The notes under the pieces were generated by a model. The model was given only the letters and a program-made list of their open reading frames with translations. It searched no databases and was not told the DNA's origin. From positions 90,832,001 through 90,896,000 of the forward strand of contig CM052816.1 in NCBI GenBank assembly GCA_028534125.1: a stretch of DNA of 64,000 bases. The letters run 5' to 3'. Made by a program: the position numbers and the translations under genes. The DNA comes from Lama glama (Eukaryota). This document shows, piece after piece, positions 12,813 through 25,838 of this stretch (the first letter of the stretch is position 1; every line of letters starts with the position of its first letter).

Positions 12813-13790
12813 CCGCATGGAACCTGAATTCATTTGGGGGTGATGGCAGTAGTTCATGTAGGAGGTGAGGATAGAATCTGTGTGGAGAGCTTTGGGAGTG
12901 TGTGTTTGCTGCTGCTCAGAGAGCCGACCAAAGTCACGTGATACAAGCCTAAGAAAAATGACCTAATTTGCCAACGACTGCAACAAGGGGTAGGAATTTT
13001 CCTGTAATCAAACAAAGCAAAGGCACAGTCCTTCTGATTGCGCCTGGGACAGCAGCAACTGGACACTCATTGTGAGTGACAGGAGTAGCAAGAGTTCTGT
13101 TCTGAGAGACGATGCAGAGAATGGTTTCAATGAAATTCTTGTAGGTTTCTGGGGAGCATCTCTACTGAAGGCAAAGGTCGCCCTGAATTTCCTAAGTCAT
13201 TTTTCTTGGCTTTGTCTGTTTCTGATGAAGTCCAGATTCCCATGAAGTGATGTTGGAGGAAGGCTTGTTTGCTTTGGAATCTATGTGCGGTTTGAGAATC
13301 TTGCTTGTCTTCTGTGGAGCTGATTGCTCTGTCTGCCCTGTAGATGGAAGTGGCACTCAGCTGGCATTTCGGCTGCTCACATCTTCCTCAGCAGGTATAG
13401 ATGAAGTGCCGTTTCATTCAAGTTTAGGGGTGCCACTACTTTTTTTAATTTTAATAAAGACTTTACTCTTTGAGAGCAGTTTCAGTCTTACAGCCTAAAA
13501 TTTTAAACTATTACAAGTATCGACCTTCCTTCAATTGATGTGAGATTTTTTAACAGGTAGGTAATGGTCTACATTGAAATCAACTTTGCCGAGCTGTAAT
13601 CCAGTTAAGGCGGTGATAATGGTAGCTGCTAATGTTTTTCATTCCTAAGGAGGTACAGAGTTTGCAGTTTAAAAAGAAAAGCACTAGCCTGGCTGGAACA
13701 GCACATACATTCTTTGTCATTAAGTGGACACTCTGGACATTGCCAGGGGCTGGGTACATTATGAAGGATGTAATTACGTTTTAGGTAAAG

Positions 13791-14008
13791 TAGTGGTTCT
13801 CAACAAGGGGCAGTTTTGTCTCCCTAGGGACATTTAGCAAAGTACGGAGACATTTTTGCTTGTGACTGTCAGTGTGGGGAGGGGACTCCTGGCATCGAGT
13901 GGGAAGAAACCAGGGATGCTCTTGAACATCCTAGAAGCACAGGGCAGTCCCACGCAATACAAATTGATTCAGTCCACGTGTCAACAGTGGCAAGACTGAG
14001 AAGCCCTG
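13791..14008 (-). mobile_element. MER20
   Basis: tagtggttctcaacaaggggcagtttt...ggagacattttt...ccagggatgct...ctgagaagccctg. Confidence 0.88.
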
Positions 14009-14134
14009 AGGGAGAAGATTGACTTGATTCCATATCCCCCTCTGTATTTTAATTTTCTATGTTTTCTAAATAAAGTTGTTGCTACTAAAGCAACCTCCTT
14101 TTTGTGGGGAGGTGTATCTATGATATAGTCATCT

Positions 14135-14282
14135 TGTTTTTAATTTATTGTAATATTATTAAATTATTAAATTAATTTAATTTATTTAATTATATTGTAT
14201 AATATAATCTGAATTATATTATAGCTTAGTTTTATTATGTATCTAGATCTATAGTCATATCTTATTATAGTTTTATCTTTAT
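14135..14282. repeat. AT-rich low-complexity tract
   Basis: About 150 bp almost entirely A/T (taattattaaattattaaattaatttaatttatttaattatattg...). Confidence 0.8.
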
Positions 14283-14959
14283 TCCAAAATGTTTCTGTGG
14301 CATTAGCAAAAAATAAATGTGTGTATTATAAACAAACCTGTATATTTATATAGTGGGATATAAAGTAATTTTTCTAGACCTGAACAATGAGCTTCCATTT
14401 ATCCTAAAAAGCAAAAGAATAGGCAGTAGAGCAGGTTTGGTCACGGAAGCCCAGGAAACAGATGTGTGTATTTCTGGGATGAAAGAAAGCTAGCAGGGGC
14501 CAGCATTCGAGATCTGCCCTCTGCTCTCTGGGCCTCGCTTGTCATTTGATTATTTCAATCACTAAGCGCTTGGGGTAGCAACCCTTGTAATGCAAGAGGC
14601 AGCCTCTTTGAGCAGGATAAATGAACCTTTACCAACAAATTCCACACCTTCTCTTTTCTTTTCCGCTTCTCCCAGTTTTGATGAGTGAGTGTGCGTTTTC
14701 TTTCCGCTTCATTTTCACCTAGCGTGATGTTTAATTGCAAGACACGGTAATGAATCACTGAAAGCTTCGTAAGGACATTTGGCTCAGCAGGCAAAACTTT
14801 TATTGGCTGAAAATCAGTGAAAGGTGACTTAAAAGTTCATACCCTTATTCTCACCAAACCTTCAAGCAGGAGGAAAATTAGGTTGGGTTCATCTTAAAGT
14901 TCCTGGATTTAATCTATAGTTTAGGAGTGAGGTGGGTTTTTTTTTTTTCTCTCTTTAGT

Positions 14960-15022
14960 TTTGGTTTAATGAGGTATAATTGACATATAAAATTATAAGA
15001 TATTTAAAGTATACAGCATGGT
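14960..15022 (-). mobile_element. Short L1 3'-end fragment
   Basis: tttaatgaggtataattgacatataaaattataagatatttaaagtatacagcatg after a T-run. Confidence 0.65.
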
Positions 15023-15811
15023 AAGAGTGAATTTCTTTCATGTTTCTCCTCACCTTTTCCCCCACCTCAGGCAGCTGGACGAAAAAAGGAAATACGCTTA
15101 TTATCTATTGACTTTGTTGCTTTTTAACCTGTTAAGTGAGACATCTTTCTAGATGAACTTTAGTGTTGTACATGTTTTGTTTGTTGCTTGAGAATCAGTT
15201 AAATAAAGACTCCTCAGGGCTCCAAATGGGATACTTAATTTGTTAGAACAAGAGTCCACAGCACTGTCTAACACAAGATTAATATGCTAAGTGGATAATT
15301 TGTTGGGCATTAACTGACTCTGCCGTGGCATTAAGGACTCTGAACATGGTTCATGATAGAAATCTGGGCTTGATAGGTTGGTAATGAGGCTTCAGCAATG
15401 ACATCATCACCAAGGCTTGAACTTAACCGCTCTGGACAAAGCCATTCATGGTGAGGGACATGCACCGCATCCTTATTCACCAGCTTGGTTAATTCAGATT
15501 CATGATAAGATACTGGAGTATGGCGAGTGGTTTTTTTGCTTGAGAGATAACTGCTCCTCAAAAAGACCGATGTTGATGGACTGCAGTGTGGTACAGCTGT
15601 GCCAGCGGAAGTGTGATGGGCTGGGATGCTTGTGAGACCAAGGCTGTGCTAAAGCTGTCACCTCGCTGTAGGTGGGATTCCCACTCCTGCCCTCCTGAGA
15701 CTGTGACTCCATGGAGGGGGCACCAGAGGATGCTGGGAAGTGCACTTGATCAGCTGCTGCACCTTGAAAGTTCCCTCAGATTTACCTAGAAGCTACAGAC
15801 CTCTAAAACTG

Positions 15812-16037
15812 ACAACAGCAATAGTAGTGGGCATTGATGAGACACTTATTTGATGCCATGTGCTGTGCTGAGCCTTTTGTGTACATCACCTCGTTGAATG
15901 CTCTGCATGTTAGCAAGTAAGGTCAATCCCATGTGGAGCTGAACAGCCTGCGGCTTAGAGGGCTTAAGTGCCCAGTCAAGCCCCACAGCTAGTAGACGAG
16001 GTGCCAGGTCTCTTGCCTGATTCCAGAGCCTGCGTGT
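15812..16037 (-). mobile_element. MIR SINE (degenerate)
   Basis: gcggcttagagggcttaagtgcccagtcaagccccacagctagtaga...cctgattccagagcctg. Confidence 0.7.
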
Positions 16038-18919
16038 TCATTCCTTTTCCTCCAGGTTGATATCTCCAGGGCTTATCATGGTTCTCCCAGCCAGACGGAT
16101 TGCCAGTCTGGAAGACTGCTGTGGGTTTCGTCGAATGTGTGAACTTTTCCTAGTGCCATAGAATCCCACGCTTGGTAGTGACTCTATTTCAAGGTTATTT
16201 TCATGGCTCCTGTACACAGTCGAGGGTGTGTTTTGTCTCAGACTTCCTCGAACATAGGGCATTTCTGGGGCTAGAAAGTCACTATTTGCAAATAGGCAAA
16301 ACAAAAATTGTGGACTCAGCAGAAATAACCAGTCTGCAGAATTAACAGTGACATCGATGGACCACGTAGGCTTCCTGGGACATCACTGGTCCCAGCCGGG
16401 AGATGGTCGTGGACATTTTGCTGGCCACTCTCTGACAGCATAGATTCACTGATAGTGGATATTCAGGTTCTTGTACGAGTGGGCCTGTGAGCTTCATAGA
16501 ATAGTCCAGCAGACACTCACGAAGGTCCTTGGAAATGTGGTCACAGAATCATTAAAGTGGCTGTGTGGCCAGCAAGTGGGATCAGCGGTGAGCTTTCTTG
16601 GCCCAGCCGCCCTCACGTTGGAATATTAAGTCTTTATCGTTTCCTTGAGGTCAGACAGAAGTTGCTAGTGTGCCTCTGCCTTACTTGACCTAACTTAACT
16701 GCCCAAGTTCATGTTCCCAGGGACCTGCTTCCTTTAAGAAGCTGGGGGTTGGCTGAGTGTGGTTTTTTATTTCTTGCCTTGACTGAGATGATGATTAAAG
16801 TTTTCAACATTGAGGTGCGGAAAGCGACCCACATTATGGAGGTAATTCCTTCTACTGGTGACCCTTCTGTGCCTGGGGGCTCCCTCCCCCAACTGCAGGG
16901 CTAGGCTTTGCTTTGCCTTTTGTACTTGGAGCTCTGATTTTTCCATCCTCACTTCTGAACTTTCATACGTGCACATGAATTGTAGTTCCAGCTTGTCTCT
17001 CTTGTTCTGACTCCAGATCTTGTGGTCCCCTGGCCATGCCCAGATCCCACATCACACCTCTGACCCTGCTCTGACCACTGGCCACTGCTCAGGGTTGATC
17101 TTGCTTCTGCGTGGAGCCGGCCCCTCTTGGCCTCCTCCCTAGTCTCTGACTCGTTGCCATCCTGGGGCATCTCCATGATGACAGATTCCCCTCTTCCTTC
17201 TTCGGCTGGAAGATCCACCCTACAGGTGCAGTTTCTCCAAAAGATGACTTCATTCACAGACCTTGAAGAAGGAGGTTCTCTGACACTGGCGATGAAACTT
17301 GAAATTAATCATTCAGTCTTGAGTTTCAGGTGGCCGCGCAAGGAGAGGCAGAAAGTCACAGTTTAAAACGTTGACAAGTAATTCCTGGCACAAAGGCCTG
17401 GATTCCTTCCAAACGTACCAAGCATACAGCTGTCTGGTCTATTGCGAGTCAAAGGCGAGTTGATTGTTTCTCAAGGTTTGGCTTTTTCCAATTAATGGGC
17501 AAACATGTTCAGAGGATGCTGATAACTGCTTGTACCTTTAAAAAATTTGTTTCTAGCACCTTTCAATTCTGAAGAGAATAGTTTTTTAGCTTGGGAGAAA
17601 GCAGCTAATTTTGAGATTTGGGTTAAGACATCAATCACAACAGAATGGACGCACCGTGAGAAATGCAGGCTCCTTTTTGGTGAACTTTATGAAAACCAAA
17701 GAAAAGATAGAATCAGTTCTTTATTTTTTGAGGAATAAACAATTTCTTTGCGTTCTGGTGTTCAGTTGGCAGCTGGCCAGGAAGCGTGCCTACAGCTCAG
17801 GATTCATCCCAAACCAAACTAGTGGAAAAAGTCTGACTTGCTGGAGGCTGAAATTCAATATCAAGGCGGTGACATGGGGCGTGTGTGTGAGTGGTGGGGC
17901 AGGGTGGTGGGTGAAAGATGTTGGAAGGCTTAACCTCTGGCAGCTATAAATGGAATACTTACTCACTTGGGTGGCTAAAATTCATGCTTTTAAAAAGGGC
18001 TTTATTCTGCCATTTGGTCAGAATTAAGATATGATTTAACGTATCATACCCAAGCTGGGTCTAAAAACATACTCATTTTCTTTTGATTTGAGCCAAGTTT
18101 AATTAAGAGCACTGCTTGACAAGCCCATTAAATAATTTAAACACTTCCCTTCAAAAGCTTACTCTGAATGGAGGCATTATGTACAAAATAATGTATTTTT
18201 CAAAACCTGTCTTGAGACCCAGACTATGTGAGGCACTATGTAAAAGGCTTGCAAATTTGGGGCTGGCAGGTAGGAAAGGTGAGTAAAATGATCCAGGTTG
18301 TGGGCTATAGGGAGTGGTGGGGACTGTGGTTAACCAGCTCACAGACCTGAAAGAATTAAGGCTCTGTTTTGGCAGGTCCAGTTTTAAAAGAGAGACCAGA
18401 TAATGTAGATTTCTGCAGGGTGTCCCCAGTTTGTAAAGTGTTGACAAGGAATGCAGAACATTTTGTTTTTACTGAGTGGTCCAAGCCAAACTTGACTGGG
18501 GCTGGTACTCTCTGAATAGTGAGGAAGACGTTTCTTAACTTGGGAGCAAGGGAAAGGACTGAAATGGTGTGTATTTTCCTTGGGGTTCATTTTAGCTGGC
18601 TTCCAAAAAATATTTACTGTGTTGTGAAACTGTTCTGTGAGGGTGAGATCTAGGCTAAATTTCTGCATTTTCAGAGTAGATCCTCGCATTATTCAGTCTC
18701 TTGGACCCATTCTTTGTTTTACTTGGCTGAGCCAGGGATAGAAGCTGGATTATCTTTTCTGGAGGGGGAGAGCTTATTTTTCACATTTCAAAGTTTACTC
18801 TAAAAAAAAATTTTGCAGAGATGTGAGATTTGGAGGCTTGGACACCATACCAGGATTCTGTCCGTTCCTCTTTGGAACTTCGTGTTCGTTCAGCGAGGCT
18901 GAGCACCTCCCCACAGAGC

Positions 18920-19035
18920 GTGCTTTGAAGGGGGAGGTCGTGGAAGCCCTCTGCCTGGGTTCGGGTGCCGTCCTACTGCTTGCTGGGTGTGTGACCTTGG
19001 GCAAGTCCCTCATGTCCCCATTTATAAAATGGGTT
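18920..19035 (+). mobile_element. MIR fragment
   Basis: ctgcctgggttcg...tgtgtgaccttgggcaagtc...atttataaaatggg. Confidence 0.7.
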
Positions 19036-19096
19036 GGACCGTCACCATTCGGTGCCTCATGCTCCTGTTTGGAAAATGGTTTTGATCAGAACTCTG

Positions 19097-19392
19097 CTGT
19101 CTGAGCTTGGGCTGCCATCATCAAATAGGACTAGGTGACTTAAGCAACAGGCATTTATTTTCCTGTGGTTCTGGAGGCCGATCAAGGTGCTGGCAGGGTT
19201 GGTTTCTAGTGAGGACTCTCTTCCTGTCTGGCTGCGGACTGCCTTCTGGTTGTGCCCTCACGTGGATGAGGGGTCGAGGGGAGGTGGGGGCAGAGAGAGT
19301 TGCAGGCGTGAGTGAGATCTCTGCTGTTTCTTCATATAAGAGCAGTAGTCCTGTTGGATCAGGGCTTCACCCTTAGGACCTAACTGAACCCT
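19097..19392 (-). mobile_element. MLT1A-like MaLR LTR fragment
   Basis: gggctgccat...cttaagcaacaggcatttatttt...ttctggaggc...tcaaggtgctggcagggttggtttctagtgaggactctcttcctg...ggatcagggcttcaccctt. Confidence 0.8.
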
Positions 19393-19394
19393 CA

Positions 19395-19636
19395 AATGAA
19401 ACCCCAAACCCACTGAACAGTCGTTCCTCATTCACCCCTCCCCCAGCCCCTGGAAACCACCAGTTGGTTTCTGTCTCTGTGAATTTACCTCTTCTGGGTA
19501 TTTCATTTAAATGGTATTACACCCCCCATGGCCTCTTGTGTCTGATTTTTTTCATCTTGTGTGTTCTTGAGTTTAATCCACTAGGTATCATGTACCAGGA
19601 CTTCGTTCCATTTTACAGCTGAATAATAGTCCAGTG
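19395..19636 (-). mobile_element. L1MB-like fragment
   Basis: ccccagcccctggaaaccacc...tttctgtctctgtgaatttacct...tacagctgaataatagtcc. Confidence 0.75.
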
Positions 19637-21172
19637 TTGGCTCTGATTTTATATACATGTGTATAAAACACATTGCATAAAAATGTCTGTGTTTATTGAT
19701 ATACTTTTAAAATATAATGTGTTTTTATACTGATTTATGTTGATTTCTGTCTGGCAAGAGGCCTACATTTAGAGAGACAGGAATAGATGGACTTTTGTGT
19801 CCTTGTAGTATAGTGTCAGCATGGTGTTAACACAGGTGCCACTTTGTCCCTCAATTTTCAATTGGTTTAACTAATAAACTTACTTTAAATGGTTTATCCA
19901 TACCCTGCACACCCCCACTGAAATACGCCAGAGGGAAAAGCATCTTTAGAAACCTAACTGTAGCCTTATTCACAGGAGCCTGTAACGCCTCTTGTGAGGG
20001 TCAGTTTCTTTGCTCACATGTGTGATCTAACAGGCATCCTTAGTGTTACGTTGGTTTCATCATTCGCCTTAAGTATCACCAGCTGATAAGAATTTACAGA
20101 TTTTTCTGCTTACAGTTGCTTAAGAGAATATGCAGGGCTGATTTTTGCTTTAGTTGTAAGTGATTCATCCGTTTTTACCCTTTTGATAATAGAGGGATAA
20201 AAATAAGTTTTTCTGTTACATTTAAAAAAGCTTATGAATGCTGTATGCGTCATCTTCTCATTAGCTGAGGTCTGGAAATGCCGTATTTTTCCCATAGTAG
20301 ATACATTAAAAAGCCAAACCATAAATATACTTTGCTTGCCTTTTTCCACGCTGAAGTTGTTTATTCTGTGGTTTTTTTTTTTAAACAGAGGGAGTATATA
20401 TCTCCTTGTGTAAGTGTTGCCGCATAAAAGGTCTTTAGATATTGTCTGTGTAGTCCCTTTGGGTGTGGTGGCAGCACTTGGGCCTTATTTACCGACGGAT
20501 GAAATTGTCCTGTGGTTTTTTGTTTTTCAGGAAATCACTTTAATGAAAAAAAAAATCACCAGTGATCTGTCAGTCCTCGGGCTGAGTGACCAGCGGTCAT
20601 TTCTTTGGTCCCCTCCATAGCGTTTGGTACTTTCTCTCTTGGTTTTCCCAGCCTTTGTGGTGCTTCTGTGACCACCTCACTCCTGTCTGTTTCCTCTGGC
20701 GGCTGGTTCTCTTGTCTCCCAGTTGAGAGGCAGAGTAGGATGATCACAATGCTCCACCGTGTACTAAAGTTACAAAGAGGTCAGCAAAGAGCAGAAGCAG
20801 AAGGAGTGAAGGTTTTCAAGTGACTATTAGAAACCAGGATGTTCTCCCAGGTTCTCGAATGTCTCTACATTCCGCATACAACTATCTAGTTGTCTCCACG
20901 TTAGCCAAGGGGGTTGAGAGGAGACGGTGGGTCAGGAGATGTCTTCGCAGGGGGACTGGCAGCATCTACAGCGTTCTGGCACTTCTTGGTTTGGGAGATG
21001 GGGTTGTTGGGGGATGTCAGCTTTGCACCTGGGGTGGAGGAGGAAGAAGCTGGGAGAGATGATTAAGGGGATTTTGGCCGTGCTGGCATCTGCCGTCTAG
21101 TCCTTGGAAGTTAATGAGTTAACTTCCAGGTGGGATGTCAGTGAGGCTGAAAGAGTTGTCTTCCCTTTTGAC

Positions 21173-21349
21173 CGATGGCTCTCAATGGGGGTAATTTGGG
21201 TCCCAAGGGGACGTTTGACAACTAGGGGTGGGGGTTATACGATGAGAAGAAGCCGGAGGTGCTGCTAAACTTCTGCCGTGCACGGGACAGCCTCCTACCC
21301 CAGAGACTTACCCAGCTGCATTGTCGGGGTTGCTGATGCTGAGGAACCT
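21173..21349 (-). mobile_element. MER20 (degenerate)
   Basis: ggctctcaatgggggtaattt...ggggacgtttgacaa...gctgctaaac...gcacgggacagcc...ctgaggaacctg. Confidence 0.7.
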
Positions 21350-23079
21350 GCTGGGGGCCCTTCCTGAAGTGAGGGCTGCTCATTCCTTCAGTCCTGGGAG
21401 CAGCCCACCAGCTCCCTTCCAGTCTGTAATGGTGGGGGGCTGGGGGCAGAGGAGACCCACTCCTCATTCCCACCAGGGACGCCCCAGAGGCCTGCTGGAG
21501 GCCCAGGGGTGGGACAGCAGCTGTTGTGTCCGGCAGCGGGTCCCTTCAGGGCTGGTAATGGATACAGACTGTGTGTGTACGAGACACTTAAACCACCTCT
21601 GTGAAAATGCCAAGTCTCTGTTGCTTCTCACAGGGACTGCAGTTGCGGATGTGTGTGTCCTAATCTAAGGGGGCTTTTCTTCCTCTTTTTCTTCTTCTTC
21701 TTCTTTTTTTTTTTTTTTTAATTTGCCATGGAAGATATGGAGCAGGAAATGGAACTCAACAATTGCTGGATTGTTCTCATGCCTCAGATGTCACTTTGTT
21801 AACAAGCTGCTCTTAGCAGCTCTCACCCGGGACCCATCCACTGCCTGGGGGTCAGTGCCCAGCATGATTTGTGGGCGAAGGCTCTGCCCAGCCAATTAGT
21901 ATCTTTAGAATCAGTAGTTAAATTTCTTAGTTCCATCCGTAGCAGGGAGTTTCTTCTCTTAAGGCGAACAACAAATGATCAGTTAGCATCATTGGGTTCC
22001 TGGAAACAGTAAAACACATTTGAAAATGGGTTGCATCTTAGGTAATACTGTCTTTTGCTTTCACCCACCCTAGGGCAGGACCTTTGTGCTTGGTGGCCCT
22101 TGCCAATCAGTGGACCTGAAATGGCCCCTTCTCCCTGGCAGTTGGGGGTTTTTGCTTGAGGGAGAGCAGCTGACCATAGGATGGGAGACCATATCCTTTG
22201 TTGTGCCTCTGCCCCCACCCATCCTCCCTGTCCTATTGAGAGCCATGGGACACTGGCTCCAAGGTCAGTAACAGTTTGGGAGAAGAGGGTTTCAGGGTCA
22301 GTAAGGGAGATGATTATCCTCAGAGGACAGCAGTAAGCTTTGCAAAAACAAGACCAGACAAATGTATGAGGTTGAATACACTCAGTTCACTCTTGGAAGT
22401 GTTTCCTTCAGAGGATGGGTGTGTTTTGGTCACTGAAAGTCATCCCCATCTCTAGAAGAAGGGATTCAGATCATCCTCCACAGCAGGTGTGATTCACCGC
22501 CTCATGTTGTATGTGTCAGATATGCAAGATTCATCTTGTTCTTAGAGGCTCTGGGCCGTTCTCATGCAGTTTGTGTTTTAAGTGATTGAGTGATGCTAGA
22601 CTCAGCAGCGTTCCCAGCCTGGCTTCTCTGATGCAAATACTTCAGCTCCAGGAACAGAGGTCCTCCCTTACAAACACTGAATTCCCCTTTGTATTTTTAT
22701 CTGCACTTTTTGTGCCCTTTATCTTTCTCTGTATTTTATTATGGCTATTTTCTGTATTTACTAGCTTTGCCTTTGATTAGATTAAACTTGTGGAGAGCAG
22801 ACTGTATTTTTGGGCTGTTGGGTCCTTCTCTGGGCCAGGTGCTGGGCTGGTCTGCTTTACTAATATTAATTCCATTATTTAACCTCTTAACTCTTGATCG
22901 TTGGCATTTTGTAAAGTAGGAACCTGGGGTGCAGGAAAGCTAAGTGACAGAAGAGGCAGAATTACATGGAGTGATGCAGGTGGACTTGTCTGCCTGTCAT
23001 TTTATGGGATATAAGTTGTAAGTTAGTAAAGCTGTTTCTAAGAAAAGAAAAGGACAAGGAAAAAACAAATCTGTTCCAC

Positions 23080-23252
23080 CACCTGTTAGCTTTGGGCCCT
23101 TGGGCAGGGTTTTCAGTGGCTCTGTGCCTCTTCTGTCATATCTGTTAAATGGGGACATTTCTCGTTGCTGGCCGGTAAGGTGTCAGTGGGTGCACATGAC
23201 GCACTCGGAACAGCAGTCAGCACACGGTCACAGTGTTTCCTGTTACTGTTAC
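23080..23252 (+). mobile_element. MIR SINE (degenerate)
   Basis: ccttgggcagg...ctctgtgcctc...catatctgttaaatgggga...gcactcggaacagcagtcagcacacgg. Confidence 0.65.
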
Positions 23253-25413
23253 TTTCCAGGGTTCCGCAGCCAGAAGGGGGACTGGAGTTTGGTCTGCTGG
23301 ATTTGGAAGCCCAGGTCCTCACCATTGACTCCTGTGACTTCCTGGCCCTGGTGTGGTGCCTTGTCGGCCAACAAGTGCTCTAAGGCAATATTTGTGGAGT
23401 GAACGAATGCATTTGGAATTTGGATGGTGCTGGCTCTCCAGCTATAATGAATTTGCTAAAAGGGGAGAATCTACCTTGGGGTTCACAAAAGAAGCAGAAC
23501 ACCAGGTCAGAGTTCTGGAAAATTCTTTTACACACCTTCACCTGGGCCAAGGAAAAAAACGGCCTCTGAAATCAGTCATTTTGAAGCTGGAATATATGGC
23601 TTCCTGACGGTCTGGCTCTAGAAGCTTCCAGGGAGCCAAGGCATTGGGGGGTGGGAATTCCAAGGACCCTGCTGTTGTCTGGAAAGTGAGTTTGGCTGGA
23701 CCTGGGGTAGCGCAGTCGGGCTGGCAGTGAGCAGCTCGGGTTCCTGGTAAGTAATCCCTGACTGCTTGCTGTAGGAACTCAGGAAGACAGCCAGTGTTGG
23801 TAGATGATCCAGGATACGCTGTTTTTAGGGTATAGCTGTCATCTTCATTATTGGATTCCACAAACGTGAACCTCAGAATCTATAATACAAGTTTTCTCAC
23901 CTATTTAAATGCTGTCGAGGTAAGTTCAGGGGAAGTGAGACACAAAGGGTCAGGTCACTGTTAGTCAGACAGGGCTGGTAAAAGGCAAGCACGCGCCCTG
24001 GCCCAGCGTCAGGATGGGTGGAATTCGTGCTGAAGTCCACCATGTTCTTGGGTCGCTGTTGGAGGGCTGTCTTTCTGTCCTTCCTGGCGGCGGTGGTGCT
24101 TGCCCTCCCATTCCAGCAGGGAGGGCTGGCATCACCTGAGTTATTTGTTTCTGTGCTGATTTCTCTGCCAGGGGACAAAGGTGCAGCTCTCAGGCCAGGG
24201 CCTCCCAGGGTCGGGGAGCTTGATGGCTGGGTTAAAGGGGCGCATTGGTTTTGCTGGCAGAGTAGTGGATAGAGACTCGGTGCAAGCCAGGTGGGACCTG
24301 AGAAAAATCCAGGCGAAGCTGAAGGGGGAGGCAGAGGCCGGAGCATGCACAGACCACAGGCCACAGGCGGGATTTTGTCTGAATGGAAGAGGCCTTAAGT
24401 GAGACAGGGAGGTGGGTTTGCAAGGGCTGGTTCCAAGGTGGCTCAGAGATTGAAGAGGGATAGGGCTGGGTGTGCGGGACTAGGGTAGGGTGACCGGACT
24501 TGGGAAGGTGGTGAGAACAGATGGCCTGGCTGGGCCTTTGTCACTGGATGGAGCGACCCCCTGGGTTTTGAAAAGCCAGTTGGCTTATCAGAGCTGCTCA
24601 CCTCTGCTGGGTATTTGGGGAAGTTTACCAGTTTTTCTGTAGTCTGTCTGTCTTCAGATCCCCGCATACTGGGCTGCAGAGTAGTTTCTTACTGTTCAAG
24701 TACCACTTTCTAACCGATAGCTCATGGAAACCTCAATTAAAAACACATTTGCCTCTTATTACATCTGCAAGACTTTTTCCTCTTTCTGTTACCCCATTCA
24801 GAGTATTTGGTCATGGTTGGGAGGAGGAGAGGGCAGTTTTGGGGTGAAAGCACATACTTTCTGCTGCCTAATGTGTAATTAATTGTCTCATTTTATTTGT
24901 CTTAAGTCTAAGCCACCAGTAACTCAGAGCTGGCATGTGCCATCAAGAGTTCAAGAATTCAGCAAACATAGCTGTTGAAATGGTGGTGGGGTTTGTATTA
25001 CAGTAAACAGATACATTTTTCTTGCTCCCTTTGGTAAAATATGTCACAGGGCAATTTACGCACCAAGTCCCCCCAAGCTGTTTTAATCATCTTATACACG
25101 GGGCACGTAGAAGTCACATTCTTAGAGCGATTCTGATTTATCACGTTCTTTTATTGCTGTTTCAGAGGAACAGAAAAAGGTGGTTCTTCTATCTCCCCCA
25201 GGTGAATGTTGAACTACGGTAGGTTGGGTTGGGGCAGGTGATGATGGATAAGTCATACATACCTTTGCTGGTTATCACTGGGAAATTTGATATATTCCCT
25301 AAAATGGGAAAAAGCAAATAAAGAGGAGACATTGCCTTCATGCCTTGGACACACACCACCACCCTCTTAGCCCACAAAATTACATTTCTAGAGTCTAGTA
25401 GGTTTTCACAGTG

Positions 25414-25838
25414 ACGTGCTGTAACCAGTAGCCCACACGTGGCTAGCGGGCAATGGAAAACGGCTGTCCTGAACTGAGGTGTGCAGTGAGTGCAAAATAC
25501 CCACCAGACCTTTTGAGAATTAGTATGGGAAAAAGAATATAAAATTCTCAATACATTTTTTACATTGGTTACATGTTGAAGTTATTTTTGCATCTATGGG
25601 GTTAAGTAACACATTAAAATTAATCTCACTTGTTTCTTTTTACTTTTTTCAAAACGTGTGACTGCTGGAAAATGTAAAATCCCATATGTGGGCTTTTTTT
25701 TTTACTTATTTTAATGGAGGTCTGGGGATTGAGCCTAGGACCTCGAGCATGCTAAGCGTGCCCTCTCCCACTGAGCTATGAGCACCGCCACCCCCAAATC
25801 CCGAAGGTGGCTTGCATCGGTTCTGTTGGGGAGCGCTG
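25414..25838 (-). mobile_element. MER33 (hAT-Charlie), interrupted by a SINE
   Basis: gtagcccacacgtggcta...aattagtatgggaaaaagaat...ggttacatgttgaa...attaaaattaatctcacttgtttctttttactttttt...ctgttggggagcgctg matches the reverse complement of recalled MER33. Confidence 0.85.
25694..25795 (-). mobile_element. Vic-1-type tRNA-Ala-derived SINE (short, diverged) nested in MER33
   Basis: ttattttaatggaggtctggggattgagcctaggacctcgagcatgctaagcgtg...actgagctat, with a degenerate TSD aaatcccatatgtgggctt / aaatcccgaaggtggctt. Confidence 0.8.
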
